Positions 9,399 through 19,151 of a DNA stretch of 64,000 nt are shown here, piece after piece. Location of the stretch: NCBI GenBank assembly GCA_034003955.1, contig JAVEXO010000012.1, positions 337 through 64,336 of the forward strand, written 5' to 3'. Position 1 is the first letter of the stretch. Every line of letters begins with the position of its first letter. The DNA comes from Spirochaetia bacterium. GTDB lineage: Bacteria; Spirochaetota; Spirochaetia; Treponematales; UBA12059. Both the position numbers and the translations under genes were made by a program. The notes below the pieces were generated by a model. It was not told where the DNA came from. It was given only the letters and a program-made list of their open reading frames with translations, and ran no database searches.

Positions 9399-10736
9399 AT
9401 GAATGATACCAAGAAACGATTGGCGTCCCTAGGCGTCGCCGTCCCTGAGGTGTATTTGCCCTCGGCAGGGACCGATTATGCAAAGTGGGCGGTTGTGGCT
9501 TGCGACCAGTATTCCAGCGAACGGGAATACTGGGATGAGGTAGCTACCCTCGTAGGGCAAGCTCCTAGCACGCTCAATCTTATATTCCCCGAGTGTTTCC
9601 TTGAAGATGACGACAAGGCCAGAAGGGTAGAGAGGATCAGGGCGGCTATGAAGTCGTACCTCGATGCCAAGGTGATGTCTCCCAGGGAGCCTGGATTCGT
9701 GCTTCTGGAGAGGATTACGCCGTTTGAGAAGCATCCCCGTAAGGGGCTCCTCATATCGGTAGACCTGGAGGCCTACCAGTACGGCAAGGGTGTGACGAGT
9801 AAGATTCGTCCTACAGAAGGCACCATCGTCGAGCGCCTGCCTCCTCGTATGGACATACGCCGCGGCGCCGCCCTCGAAGTGCCGCATATAATGCTCTTGA
9901 TAGACGATCCTGAGCGTAGTGTCATAGAACCGCTCTATGCCAAGTTTGAAACACTGCCTAAGCTTTATGACTTCAAGCTGATGAAGGACGCAGGCCATGT
10001 CCGTGGCGCCCATGTCACCGAAGAGAGCGATATAGCCGCAATTGCGACCGCACTAGAGGCCATAGCCGATAAGAAGGCTTATGAGGCCAAGTATGGCTCG
10101 CCTGACGTGCTTCTCTTTGCGGTGGGCGACGGTAACCATTCCCTGGCGACAGCCAAGGCTATTTGGGAGGAGACTAGGAAGGCCGGTGCTGCTGATCCGA
10201 CAATCATGGATCATCCGGCTCGCTACGCCCTTGTAGAACTAGTCAATATCTACGACGAAGGCCTGCCCTTCCATCCCATACATCGCGTGTTGTTCAAGGT
10301 TGACGAGAAGGTTCTTCTGTCGGAGCTGGAATCCGCCGGGGCAGTGATTGAGAAGATGAGCTGGAAGGATGCCGTGGCCAGGACGGATGAGGATGCGCCT
10401 GGGGAGCATCGCTTTGCCATCATATCTCAGGGGGGTGCAGCATTGATACGGTTCTCCCATCCCAAGGCCAACCTTGCGGCGGGTACCATCCAGGAGATAC
10501 TGGACGCCCACCTCAAGTCACACCCTGCCACCGTCATAGATTACATCCATGGCACCGATAGCCTGGAAGCCTTGGCCAAGAAGAGCGGCAACCTGGGTCT
10601 GTATCTGCCGCCTATAGACAAGTCAAGCTTCTTTGGCACGGTCATACGCGATGGTGCTATGCCGCGCAAGACATTCTCCATGGGTGAGGCTCCCGAGAAA
10701 CGCTTCTATATTGAGTCAAGGAAGATAATCCGCTAG
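9399..10736 (+). CDS. DUF1015-family protein
   Basis: About 445 aa. Recalled family hallmarks: WAVVACDQYSS and FAVGDGNHSLATAKAIWEE. AAGGAG lies 6 nt upstream of ATG 9399. Confidence 0.65.
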   Translation: MNDTKKRLASLGVAVPEVYLPSAGTDYAKWAVVACDQYSSEREYWDEVATLVGQAPSTLNLIFPECFLEDDDKARRVERIRAAMKSYLDAKVMSPREPGFVLLERITPFEKHPRKGLLISVDLEAYQYGKGVTSKIRPTEGTIVERLPPRMDIRRGAALEVPHIMLLIDDPERSVIEPLYAKFETLPKLYDFKLMKDAGHVRGAHVTEESDIAAIATALEAIADKKAYEAKYGSPDVLLFAVGDGNHSLATAKAIWEETRKAGAADPTIMDHPARYALVELVNIYDEGLPFHPIHRVLFKVDEKVLLSELESAGAVIEKMSWKDAVARTDEDAPGEHRFAIISQGGAALIRFSHPKANLAAGTIQEILDAHLKSHPATVIDYIHGTDSLEALAKKSGNLGLYLPPIDKSSFFGTVIRDGAMPRKTFSMGEAPEKRFYIESRKIIR

Positions 10737-10760
10737 ATATTTTTTTATGCCCAGGTTTTT

Positions 10761-10795
10761 AGGGAGGCGCTTGCGCCTCCCTGTTTTTATTTTTT
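10761..10795. terminator. Bidirectional intrinsic terminator between convergent genes
   Basis: AGGGAGGCG-CTTG-CGCCTCCCT followed by GTTTTTATTTTTT, with a T-run also upstream. Confidence 0.7.
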
Positions 10796-12406
10796 AAGGA
10801 GGCTAGCGAGCCAGGTTTGGCATGCTGGATCTCCAAGCTGGGCATCCAGGGTAGCCTTGAGGGCAGTATCTTCCTTGCCCAGGAGGAACACGACGTCGAG
10901 GGTGGTGGCAGACTCGAAGCACGGGACGATGTTGTCTGAGAAGTAGTGTTTTGTCAGGTATCGGCCTACCATGCTTTCTGTAAGGGCGCAGTCGGCCTTA
11001 TCCCATATAACGGCGGCAAAGGCTTCTATGTCGTTATCGGCCATGACGAGCCGGCAGGCATAGCCCGCGAGACAGTCAGCCGCATAGGAGCCTTTCTGGA
11101 CGGCGACACGCTTTCCGCGTATGTCATCGAACGAGCGGAGGCTAGAGGCGGCTGATCCCCTTGAGAAGACGGTAGGTCGGAAGGTGGCGAAGGGCAGGGA
11201 TGCTATGACGGGTTTGTTTGCCAGAAACACGTTAGGCCAGCCAACATTGGCTACGATGCGGACTCTGCCGGCTATGAGATCTTCCAATGCGTCTGCGAAC
11301 TGTAGCGGCCTGAACTCGGGGACTAAACCAGCTTCTGAGAATATATGCTTTACAGCGTCTATGGCGATACCCGCTGACTGGCCCTCATGGATGTATACCC
11401 ATGGCGGATACCCTGCGTCATGGGCAATGGCTATGGTATCAAGGCAGGCTTCGCTACTGAAGTTTGTAGAGAGCTCGATGCCTAGTTCGCTCATGGCAGA
11501 CTTTAATGACCGGGAGCTTCCCTGGACGGCTATGACCGAGGACTTCTGCCTCTCTATGTTGCTGTGAATCAAGACTGAATTTTCTGTCAATAATCTGGCA
11601 GATTCAGAAAGCTCATCCATGGATGCCGCTATGTCGCCCGAGCTCTTGGTCTGCGATAAAAGCGAGTCTCTAATGTCTTTCATGTTAGAAGCGGCTCCGG
11701 CTATTCCCGTGGAGCTGAGAGATAGGTCGGTCCTGGACTCGTCTATGCGTTTGCTTAGTTCTGTCTTGCGCTCGTCAATAGAAGCAAGCCCACCGGTAGC
11801 CTCGTCCATGCCGGTTCTCAGTTCTTTCAAGAGACCGGCTGCAATTTCTGTTAGGTCTTTGCTCTTGGCCGCCAGTGATTTTACTTCATTGGCAACAACC
11901 TTGAAACCTTTGCCATGGGCTCCTGCCCTGGCGGCCTCTATGGCGGCGTTGAGTGACAGAAGGTTAGTAAGCTCAGATATTTCTTCTATCGAACGGAGTG
12001 CGCTATCTATTTTATCTATACTGTCGGCTACGCGCCTGAATACGCCTACGAAGACAGAAAATCTTGAATCCATGGCGCCTAGAGCCTGAAATCCGGTTTC
12101 TATTGAATTTAGGGCTCTCAGGGCCGCTGAATCAGCCGCCCCGAGGCGCTCATCGATGACGCCCGCCGCCTCGGCTATGTCTTCTATACTACCCTTCAAG
12201 AAGCCAAGGCCCGAGTCTATGCTACGTATGGCTTCAAGGTTGGCAGCGTTTACGTCCAGGCTTGCCTCGAAGAAGTCGGTGGTTAAGTCAGACTCCATCG
12301 ATAGCGACCATATATGATCGGCAAGCTTTCTATAGCGTTCACGCAATACTGCGTTCATGGACATAAGCCTCTCGCCTGAATAAGGTGTAGGTGTTTTTTG
12401 TTCCAT
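10787..12406 (-). CDS. Cytoplasmic methyl-accepting chemotaxis protein with a C-terminal periplasmic-binding-protein type 2 (SBP_bac_3-like) domain
   Basis: Highly conserved MCP signalling hairpin [37 protein letters not shown] in the N-terminal half. No TM or HAMP segments. The C-terminal approx. 230 aa resemble amino-acid-binding proteins ([24 protein letters not shown]). Start chosen at MEQKT (GGAGG 5 nt upstream). Confidence 0.8.
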   Translation of the reverse strand: MEQKTPTPYSGERLMSMNAVLRERYRKLADHIWSLSMESDLTTDFFEASLDVNAANLEAIRSIDSGLGFLKGSIEDIAEAAGVIDERLGAADSAALRALNSIETGFQALGAMDSRFSVFVGVFRRVADSIDKIDSALRSIEEISELTNLLSLNAAIEAARAGAHGKGFKVVANEVKSLAAKSKDLTEIAAGLLKELRTGMDEATGGLASIDERKTELSKRIDESRTDLSLSSTGIAGAASNMKDIRDSLLSQTKSSGDIAASMDELSESARLLTENSVLIHSNIERQKSSVIAVQGSSRSLKSAMSELGIELSTNFSSEACLDTIAIAHDAGYPPWVYIHEGQSAGIAIDAVKHIFSEAGLVPEFRPLQFADALEDLIAGRVRIVANVGWPNVFLANKPVIASLPFATFRPTVFSRGSAASSLRSFDDIRGKRVAVQKGSYAADCLAGYACRLVMADNDIEAFAAVIWDKADCALTESMVGRYLTKHYFSDNIVPCFESATTLDVVFLLGKEDTALKATLDAQLGDPACQTWLASLLKK

Positions 12407-12513
12407 CCCGGCCTCCATGTGTACCATTACTCCGCTTAAACAGTGCATTGCGCTACCTGTTTCCTTATTGTAGCACTAATAAATATACCTTAGAAGCTTT
12501 TTAACCAAGGAAG

Positions 12514-12542
12514 AAAAAAACCGCCTGGAAAAGGCGGTTTTT
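12514..12542 (-). terminator. Intrinsic terminator of the opp operon
   Basis: AAACCGCC-loop-GGCGGTTT hairpin followed by a T7 run on the minus strand, 22 nt after the oppF stop. Confidence 0.75.
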
Positions 12543-12563
12543 ATAATCATATCTTACAGTAGC

Positions 12564-13577
12564 TTATTCAGGGTCATGGTACAGATAGCAGGCTACCTGA
12601 TGGCCAGAACCGGCATCCTTGAGCTTTGGAACGCTCTGGGCACACTTGTCCATTCTCTTGGAGCAGCGATCGTAGAAGTAGCATCCGGTCCTGAGTTTGT
12701 CTGGTGAGGGTACGTCTCCGGTGAGGATGATGCGCTGTCGCTTGCGTTCCACCTTGGGGTCTGGAATTGGCGCTGCGGAGAGCAGAGCCTGGGTATAGGG
12801 GTGGAGCGGCTTCTTGTATAGTTCTGCCGAATCAGACAACTCGACTATGACGCCGAGATACATGACTGCTATCTTGTTGGAGATATACTGGATGACAGCA
12901 AGGTCATGGGCAATGAACAGGTAGGTTAGGCCAAATTCTTCCTGCAGATCTTTAAAGAGGTTGAGAATCTGGGACTGGATCGACACGTCGAGAGCCGATA
13001 CCGGCTCATCGCAGAGCAAGAGATCCGGTTTGAGGGCCAGGGCCCGGGCGATGCCGATACGCTGCCGCTGGCCGCCGGAGAACTCATGCGGATAGCGGTT
13101 TTTAAAGAAGCGAGAGAGGCCAACGCGTTCCATAAGTTGCTCTACACGCTCGTCTATCTCTGTCTTGGACAGGCTTAGAAGCTTGGCCTTTGTAAAGATA
13201 CGCATAGACTCCGAGATGATGTCCCGGGTGGTCATGCGGGGGTTAAGCGAGGCGTAGGGATCCTGGAATACTATCTGCATGTCCTTGCGAGCCTTCATCA
13301 CCTCGGCCGGGCTGGCTTTGGTAAGATCTTTTCCCTTTAATAGGACGGTGCCGGTAGTGGGCTTGTACAGCTGGGCTATGGCGCGAAGCGTTGTAGACTT
13401 ACCACAGCCTGACTCACCTACCAGGCCGAGCGTCTCGCCCTTCTTGATTGAAAGATCTACGCCGTCTACGGCATAGATGAAGCCCTTCTTCTTTGTCCAC
13501 ATCGAGCCCGTGTTATACGGGAAGTGCATCTTGAGGTTTGTAACCTCAAGCAGGTTTTCATTGGTATTGGCGGACAT
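12564..13577 (-). CDS. oppF: Oligopeptide ABC transporter ATP-binding protein
   Basis: Walker A GESGCGKST, signature FSGGQRQR, C-terminal oligopeptide-type extension. Last gene of the oppABCDF order. Confidence 0.9.
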   Translation of the reverse strand: MSANTNENLLEVTNLKMHFPYNTGSMWTKKKGFIYAVDGVDLSIKKGETLGLVGESGCGKSTTLRAIAQLYKPTTGTVLLKGKDLTKASPAEVMKARKDMQIVFQDPYASLNPRMTTRDIISESMRIFTKAKLLSLSKTEIDERVEQLMERVGLSRFFKNRYPHEFSGGQRQRIGIARALALKPDLLLCDEPVSALDVSIQSQILNLFKDLQEEFGLTYLFIAHDLAVIQYISNKIAVMYLGVIVELSDSAELYKKPLHPYTQALLSAAPIPDPKVERKRQRIILTGDVPSPDKLRTGCYFYDRCSKRMDKCAQSVPKLKDAGSGHQVACYLYHDPE

Positions 13578-14561
13578 CTATTTCCCCTCCCCATACAGCC
13601 AGCATGCTACGTTCCGTTTTGGACCGAGTTCGGCCACCTTCGGGTACTTTGTCTTGCAAATATCCATCGCACGCTCGCAGCGTGGGAAGAACGGGCAGCA
13701 ATCGGGCAGGTCTATGACGTTTGGTGGCTGTCCTGGTATGGAGTACAAGCGTTGTTTAGTAACCCGGTCAAGACGAGGCACGCTCTTTATGAGGCCCTGT
13801 GTATATGGGTGTTTGGGATCGGCGAATATGTTATCTGCCGATCCACGCTCTACGATTCGTCCGGCGTACATGACGCATATATGGTCGCACATGCCGGCTA
13901 CTACACCCAAGGAGTGGGTGATGAGTATGACGGCCGTGCGCAGTCGTGCCGAAAGTTCCTTGATGAGTTCCAGGATCTGAGCCTGGATGGTGACATCCAG
14001 GGCCGTCGTCGGTTCATCGGCTATGAGGATTTCCGGTTCGCAGGACAGGGCCATGGCTATCATCACGCGCTGGCGCATACCACCAGAGAACTGGTGGGGA
14101 TACTGGTCTATGCGTTTCTCTGGAGCGGGAATTCCGGCCAGGTTGAGCATCTCTATGGCCTTCTCCTTGGCGGCCTTCTTGTCCAGGCCCTGGTGGAGCA
14201 TGAGTGTCTCCACCATCTGGGTGCTGATGCGGAGGAAGGGGTTGAGGCAGGTCATAGGGTCCTGGAATATCATGGATATCTTGTTGCCACGCAGCTTTCT
14301 GACCTCTTCATCGCTCATCTTGAAGATGTCCTTGCCGTTGAACAGGACCTCTCCGCCGGCGATCTTCCCCGGTGGGCTCGGTATGAGTTTCATGATGGCC
14401 AGGTTGGATACGCTCTTTCCAGAGCCAGACTCACCCACGATACCGAGGGTTTCGCCTTTGCTGACTTCGAAGCTCACGCCATCTACGGCCTTAAGGAGCC
14501 CCTCGTCAAGTTTGAAGTATGCCTTCAGGTCTTTGACCTGGAGTATGACGTCATCGGTCAT
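13578..14561 (-). CDS. oppD: Oligopeptide ABC transporter ATP-binding protein
   Basis: Walker A GESGSGKSV, signature FSGGMRQR, C-terminal Cys-containing extension. Confidence 0.9.
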   Translation of the reverse strand: MTDDVILQVKDLKAYFKLDEGLLKAVDGVSFEVSKGETLGIVGESGSGKSVSNLAIMKLIPSPPGKIAGGEVLFNGKDIFKMSDEEVRKLRGNKISMIFQDPMTCLNPFLRISTQMVETLMLHQGLDKKAAKEKAIEMLNLAGIPAPEKRIDQYPHQFSGGMRQRVMIAMALSCEPEILIADEPTTALDVTIQAQILELIKELSARLRTAVILITHSLGVVAGMCDHICVMYAGRIVERGSADNIFADPKHPYTQGLIKSVPRLDRVTKQRLYSIPGQPPNVIDLPDCCPFFPRCERAMDICKTKYPKVAELGPKRNVACWLYGEGK

Positions 14562-14573
14562 TCGATGGTCTCC

Positions 14574-15659
14574 TTATGATCTATTCTTGCTCTGAGGATC
14601 AAGAGCATCACGCAGTCCGTCTCCCAAGAAGTTTATGGCAAAGAGGAAGACGGTCATGGATATGGCCGGCACCAGGAGGCGCCATGGATAGAGCTGCATG
14701 CCCTGTACGCCTTCACTGACGAGCGTGCCCCAAGAGGCCATGGGTGCCGAGATGCCGAGACCCAGGAATGACAGGAAGCTCTCACTCATGATGAAGCTAG
14801 GGAACTGGAGGGTTGCGTAGATGATTATGATGCCAAGTGAGTTGGGTAGGAGGTGCTTGAAGATGATGCGACCCGAGCCGGCTCCCATCGACTTGGCAGC
14901 CTCGACGAATTCAGAGTTCTTGAGGCTTATAACCTGACCGCGGACGACACGCGATATTGTTAGCCAGGATATCATGGCTATGGCCAGGAACAGCACGAAG
15001 ATGCTGTTGGAACCAGTGGGTAGCATAGACATGATGATGATTACAAGGAGCATGTAGGGTAGGCTGTACATCAGGTCTACGAAGCGGCCTATGAGGTTAT
15101 CGAGCCAACCACCTATATAACCGCCGAGTGAACCCAGGAGTATGCCTATGAAGGCGGCGGTAATAGTTCCTATGAGGCCGATCATTATAGATATCTGACC
15201 GCCATAGATGGTGCGCGCCAGCATGTCACGTCCAAGGTAGTCGGTGCCAAAGATGTAGACACGTTTATGGATAGGGTCTGTGTCTATCTCGCCTTTGAGC
15301 TGTATTATCTCAGCCTGTATCCGCTCAAGGTCCTGCTTGAGGTCGGGTCTGCCGCTTTTAAGAATAGCGGTATTGAGTTCTACGACTCTCTTGTCAAGCT
15401 CAGAGAGGGCAACGACTCCTGCCGGTCTTGTGGAAGGCGGGAGGTTGATATGGAGCATCTCCTGCTCTGTGTAGCTCTTGAAAGGCAGCAGGGCTGCTCC
15501 GAAGGTTACTACGAGATAGATGCTTACTATCCACATGCCCAGTACTGCCATTTTGTTGCGCTTCAGGCGCTTCCAGGCGTCTGCCCAGAGCGAGACCGGT
15601 TTGACGTATTGGTTGAATTCATTGACGACTTTGTCGTTTGTCTTTTGGATTGACGGCAT
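14574..15659 (-). CDS. oppC: Oligopeptide ABC transporter permease
   Basis: BPD_transp_1-type permease with an OppC-type N-terminal extension. Operon position supports the call. Confidence 0.85.
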   Translation of the reverse strand: MPSIQKTNDKVVNEFNQYVKPVSLWADAWKRLKRNKMAVLGMWIVSIYLVVTFGAALLPFKSYTEQEMLHINLPPSTRPAGVVALSELDKRVVELNTAILKSGRPDLKQDLERIQAEIIQLKGEIDTDPIHKRVYIFGTDYLGRDMLARTIYGGQISIMIGLIGTITAAFIGILLGSLGGYIGGWLDNLIGRFVDLMYSLPYMLLVIIIMSMLPTGSNSIFVLFLAIAMISWLTISRVVRGQVISLKNSEFVEAAKSMGAGSGRIIFKHLLPNSLGIIIIYATLQFPSFIMSESFLSFLGLGISAPMASWGTLVSEGVQGMQLYPWRLLVPAISMTVFLFAINFLGDGLRDALDPQSKNRS

Positions 15660-15668
15660 GTCGGCTCC

Positions 15669-16598
15669 TTATTTATAGGAGATGCGGGGGTCGAGGAGGC
15701 CGTACAGGATATCCACGACGAAGTTGGCGGTGATGAGGATTATCGAATACACGATAACGTCACCCATGATGACCGTATAGTCGCGGTTGAGCGCAGACTG
15801 TACGAATATTCGTCCTATACCCGGTATTACGAAGATCTGCTCTACGACTACAGAACCGGTAATGATGCCGGAGAAGGCCGGACCCAGATAGGTTACGACT
15901 GGAAGCATGGCTCCTTTAAGCACATGCTTGCGTATGACGACACCTTCCTTAAGACCCTTGGCTCTGGCTGTCCTGACATAATCAGAGCGCAGCACCTCTA
16001 TGAGAGAGCCTCGAGACATGCGTGCTATGTATGCAAAGTATGGCAGCATCAGGGTGGCGACAGGCATGATCAACGTGAGGGCACCGGCTCGGCTGTTTAT
16101 CCAGCCAGAGGTAGGGAGCCACTTGAGGGTAAGTGCAAAGACAAGCATCAGTATGGGGCCTATTACGAACAGCGGTATAGAAATACCCAAGACGGCAACC
16201 GACATGGCCGCGTAGTCCTGCCACTTGTTCTGCTTTAGAGCCGACATGATGCCTACCGACGTACCAAGCATAAGGGCGACCGCCAATGCTATGGTTCCTA
16301 GCATTATGGATACGGGGAATGCATTACCAATCAGGTCGTTGACTGTCTGGTCCTTGTAGCGATACGAAGGGCCAAGATCGAATTTGAGTACGTTGCCGAG
16401 GTATCGGAAGTACTGGTTCAAGAGAGGCTCATCCATGTGGTACTTGTGCATGATGTTAGCCATGATCTCCGGCGGAAGTTTCTTCTCGCTGGAGAACGGC
16501 CCGCCTGGGGCAAGCCTGATAAGAAAGAAGCTGAACGTCACGATGATAAACAACGTTGGGATGACGCTCAAGAATCTGCGGACGATGAATCTCGACAT
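15669..16598 (-). CDS. oppB: Oligopeptide ABC transporter permease
   Basis: N-terminus MSRFIVRRFLSVIPTLFIIVTFSFFLIRLAPGGPF is typical of OppB/DppB. Confidence 0.9.
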   Translation of the reverse strand: MSRFIVRRFLSVIPTLFIIVTFSFFLIRLAPGGPFSSEKKLPPEIMANIMHKYHMDEPLLNQYFRYLGNVLKFDLGPSYRYKDQTVNDLIGNAFPVSIMLGTIALAVALMLGTSVGIMSALKQNKWQDYAAMSVAVLGISIPLFVIGPILMLVFALTLKWLPTSGWINSRAGALTLIMPVATLMLPYFAYIARMSRGSLIEVLRSDYVRTARAKGLKEGVVIRKHVLKGAMLPVVTYLGPAFSGIITGSVVVEQIFVIPGIGRIFVQSALNRDYTVIMGDVIVYSIILITANFVVDILYGLLDPRISYK

Positions 16599-16791
16599 CG
16601 TTGCCTCGCTTATTAAGGGTACGGGCCTACCTTAGGAAGAGTAGATCCCCTCGTGGTGAAGCATCCCGGAGGACGGCCACGAGTTTGAAAGTATATACCT
16701 GAAGACTGATTTGCGCTATAGGAAACACTCTCAGGATTGTAAAAATGAAACAACATTTTGATTTGTAAAATAAAAATTTATGATGGTGCCT

Positions 16792-16819
16792 AAAAAAGCC
16801 CGGCGCAAAAGCGCCGGGC
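16792..16819 (-). terminator. Hairpin plus T-run between oppA and oppB (attenuator/partial terminator)
   Basis: On the minus strand, GCCCGGCGC-TTTT-GCGCCGGGC is followed by TTTTTT, 17 nt after the oppA stop. Confidence 0.7.
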
Positions 16820-16835
16820 CAGAAGCTTACGCTTA

Positions 16836-18416
16836 CTACTTAAGCTTGATGCCCTTCCAGGGATGGGTACCAAGAGGATTGGCAAACCAGCCATCCCACT
16901 TGTTAATATCAATCATATCCTGCTCCACATAGTGGTAGAAGGGGATGACTGCCTGATCCTTGGTGATCAGGAAGGATTCGGCCTGCTGCAGTACTGCCAT
17001 GCGCTCAGGGCCGGCCTTCATCGTGGCGGCCTTCTTTACGAGGGCGTCATACTCCGGATTGGCGTACAGACCATCGTTGTTGCCTGAACCTATGATAAAC
17101 ATATCGAGGAAGGTGTTGGGGTCGAGGTAGTCGCCTACCCAGCCGGCGCGCGCGATATCAAAATCGTGGGCGTTTGAGCGGGTGTCGAGGAAGGTCTTCC
17201 ATTCCTGGTTGACCAGGGTTACTTCGATGCCAAGGTTCTTCTTCCAGTTCTCCTGCACCCACTCGGCGATCTTCTTGTGACCGTCGCTGGTGTTATAGAT
17301 GATAGGAGTCTTGGGGAAGCCCTTGCCGTCAGGATAACCGGCTTCTGCCAGAAGCTTGCGGGCTTCTTCAACATTAAACATAGGGCCCTTGGCAGGCGTA
17401 TAGCCGGCCATGGTGGGAACCATAGAGGTGGTGGCGAGCTGTCCGCCCTTTGTTACCTTGTCTACCAGTTCCTGCATGTTGAGACCCATCGTCAGAGCCC
17501 TGCGGACGCGGAGGTCTGTGAAGGGGGCGCGGGTCATGTTGAAGACGTAGTAGTAGGTGGCGACCTGGGGTGCAACCTGATAGTCCGGGCGGAGCTTGAT
17601 CTCGTCGATCAAGTCGAGGGGAATACCATGGGCCCAGTCAATTTCGCCGGCCTTGAACTTGTTGTAGGCGGTTAGGTTGTCGTCGATAGGCAGGAATGTC
17701 ACCCTTGAAAGATGTACGTTCTTGGGATCCCAGTACTTGGCGTTGGGAACGACTGACAAAGACTCCTGGGGCTTCCAGGACTCCAAGGTGAAGGGACCGT
17801 TTCCTACGAAATTCTCTACCTTGATCCAGTCATCGCCCTTGGCGTTGATCACGTGCATCGGAAGAATGGCGAAGGAGTAGTGGGACATCATGTCCACGGC
17901 GTAGGGCATCGGGCCGAGGAGATCACACTGGAAGGTGTAATCGTCAAGCGCGCGAATCTGTACGGCTTCCTTGCCGGCCTTGCCACCGTTGAATTCATCG
18001 GCACCCTTTATAACCATGCCAACCATGTATGCATACTCAGAGGCGGTGGCGGGATCGAGGGTACGAATCCAGCTGTCGACCACGGTCTGCGCGGTGATCT
18101 TGGTGCCGTCTGACCAGGTGGTCTTGCGGAGCTTGTAGGTGATCTGCTTTCCGTCTTCACTGATTGTCCAGCTCTCGGCTACGCCGGGGACGGCGAGTGA
18201 GGTCTTGGGGTCAGATCCTACGAGACCTTCGAACAAGGCCATGTAAATTTTGTGCTCGGGAACGCCCTGGATCTTTGAGGGATCGAGCGTCTGGGGCTCT
18301 GCGCCGTTGTTCATTATGAACTCGACGCCCTTTGCGGCACCTGCTTTGCCGCCGCAGGAGACGGCGAGAGTCAACGCTAAGGCGATGATCATCAGGCCTG
18401 AGAGTACACGTTTCAT
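16836..18416 (-). CDS. oppA: Peptide ABC transporter substrate-binding lipoprotein (family 5 SBP)
   Basis: 526 aa. Signal peptide with lipobox LAVSC. SBP_bac_5-like body. First gene of the opp operon. Confidence 0.9.
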   Translation of the reverse strand: MKRVLSGLMIIALALTLAVSCGGKAGAAKGVEFIMNNGAEPQTLDPSKIQGVPEHKIYMALFEGLVGSDPKTSLAVPGVAESWTISEDGKQITYKLRKTTWSDGTKITAQTVVDSWIRTLDPATASEYAYMVGMVIKGADEFNGGKAGKEAVQIRALDDYTFQCDLLGPMPYAVDMMSHYSFAILPMHVINAKGDDWIKVENFVGNGPFTLESWKPQESLSVVPNAKYWDPKNVHLSRVTFLPIDDNLTAYNKFKAGEIDWAHGIPLDLIDEIKLRPDYQVAPQVATYYYVFNMTRAPFTDLRVRRALTMGLNMQELVDKVTKGGQLATTSMVPTMAGYTPAKGPMFNVEEARKLLAEAGYPDGKGFPKTPIIYNTSDGHKKIAEWVQENWKKNLGIEVTLVNQEWKTFLDTRSNAHDFDIARAGWVGDYLDPNTFLDMFIIGSGNNDGLYANPEYDALVKKAATMKAGPERMAVLQQAESFLITKDQAVIPFYHYVEQDMIDINKWDGWFANPLGTHPWKGIKLK

Positions 18417-18447
18417 GGTTCCTCCTTAAATGGAACTTTGTGTGAGC

Positions 18448-18476
18448 ATTGTATGCTCCAGATTCCAAGAAAGCAA
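18448..18476 (-). promoter_or_regulatory. sigma-70-type promoter of oppA
   Basis: On the minus strand, TTGCTT, 17 nt, TACAAT, about 30 nt upstream of the AAGGAGG RBS. Confidence 0.55.
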
Positions 18477-18541
18477 GTATTGATTTCTTTTTAGCGTGAC
18501 TCGATGGGGATATAAACCGGTTTAATGTTTCTATATGTAAT

Positions 18542-18579
18542 AAAAAGAGACGATCCGCCTGGTATGGCGAATCGTCTCT
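18542..18579 (-). terminator. Intrinsic terminator of hsp20
   Basis: GAGACGAT...ATCGTCTC stem with an inner CGCC/GGCG extension, followed on the minus strand by TTTTT. Confidence 0.7.
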
Positions 18580-18606
18580 CTTGTATGCGGACACGTGCAG
18601 GGAGGC

Positions 18607-19050
18607 TTATCCGCGGGTAATTGCTACGGTCTTTTCCCTTGCTTCAGGGCGCTTTGGAAGAATGACGGACAGGAGACCGTCTTTGAAAGTAGCCTTGATG
18701 CCGTCCAGGTCTACATCGCGGGGCATGCTGAATGAACGGCGGAAGGTTCTTACCCCACGCTCACGGATGAGCCAGACTTTCTCGCCATTGGCCTTCTTTT
18801 CCTCTTCCTTGGAGGAAGCAATGGTCAGGATTCTGTCATTGACCTTGATGTCTACATCCTTCTCTGCAAAACCAGGTAGCTCTGCTTCTAGTATGTAGTG
18901 CTCCTTCTCATCGCGGATATCTACCACTGGATACCCCATGGTGGCTGCGCTACTCGGATAGTCCCTGTCAAAGAAGCTGTCTATCATCTTGTCCCAATCG
19001 CCCAAGGCAGACAGAACCGAGTTAGGGTTGTAGGTGATTACGCTCTTCAT
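18607..19050 (-). CDS. Small heat-shock protein (Hsp20/alpha-crystallin family)
   Basis: Alpha-crystallin core (YPVVDIRDEKEHYILEAELPGFAEKDVDIKV ... FRRSFSMPRDVDLDGIKATFKDGLLSVILPK). Start at MKSVITY, preceded by AGGAGG. The upstream part of the track ORF is 5' UTR. Confidence 0.9.
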   Translation of the reverse strand: MKSVITYNPNSVLSALGDWDKMIDSFFDRDYPSSAATMGYPVVDIRDEKEHYILEAELPGFAEKDVDIKVNDRILTIASSKEEEKKANGEKVWLIRERGVRTFRRSFSMPRDVDLDGIKATFKDGLLSVILPKRPEAREKTVAITRG

Positions 19051-19135
19051 TATAAACCTCCTAGTAAAGGTGTGATATAAAATCTTGGCGCGGCGCTGTG
19101 TGCCTACGGCCAATCGACGCGTCCACTTATATATA

Positions 19136-19151
19136 TGCAGATACCGTGCCA
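19136..19151 (-). promoter_or_regulatory. sigma-54 (-24/-12) promoter upstream of hsp20
   Basis: The minus strand reads TGGCACG-GTAT-CTGCA against the consensus TGGCACG-N4-TTGCW. GG and GC are correctly spaced. It lies about 86 nt upstream of ATG 19050. Confidence 0.6.

Noticed and set aside
9235-9483. N-terminal 83-codon extension of ORF 8266-9483
   Set aside because: The extension overlaps the divergent DUF1015 gene start and has Arg/Pro/Ser-rich non-coding-like composition. An internal GTG with a GAGG RBS, followed by a signal/anchor sequence, fits better. Similar track extensions were trimmed for hsp20 (19051-19170), 19856-20089, kce (25159-25287), atoD (35029-35079), glyA, pckG and kamA.
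11121-12089. Plus-strand ORFs of 148 and 156 aa opposite the chemoreceptor gene
   Set aside because: Antisense shadows. The minus-strand frame carries the unmistakable MCP signalling motif.
13524-14579. 351-aa plus-strand ORF (and 13987-14595, 13477-13980) opposite oppD/oppF
   Set aside because: These are antisense shadow frames of clearly identified ABC ATPase genes. They carry no motifs and are typical of GC-rich third-position bias.
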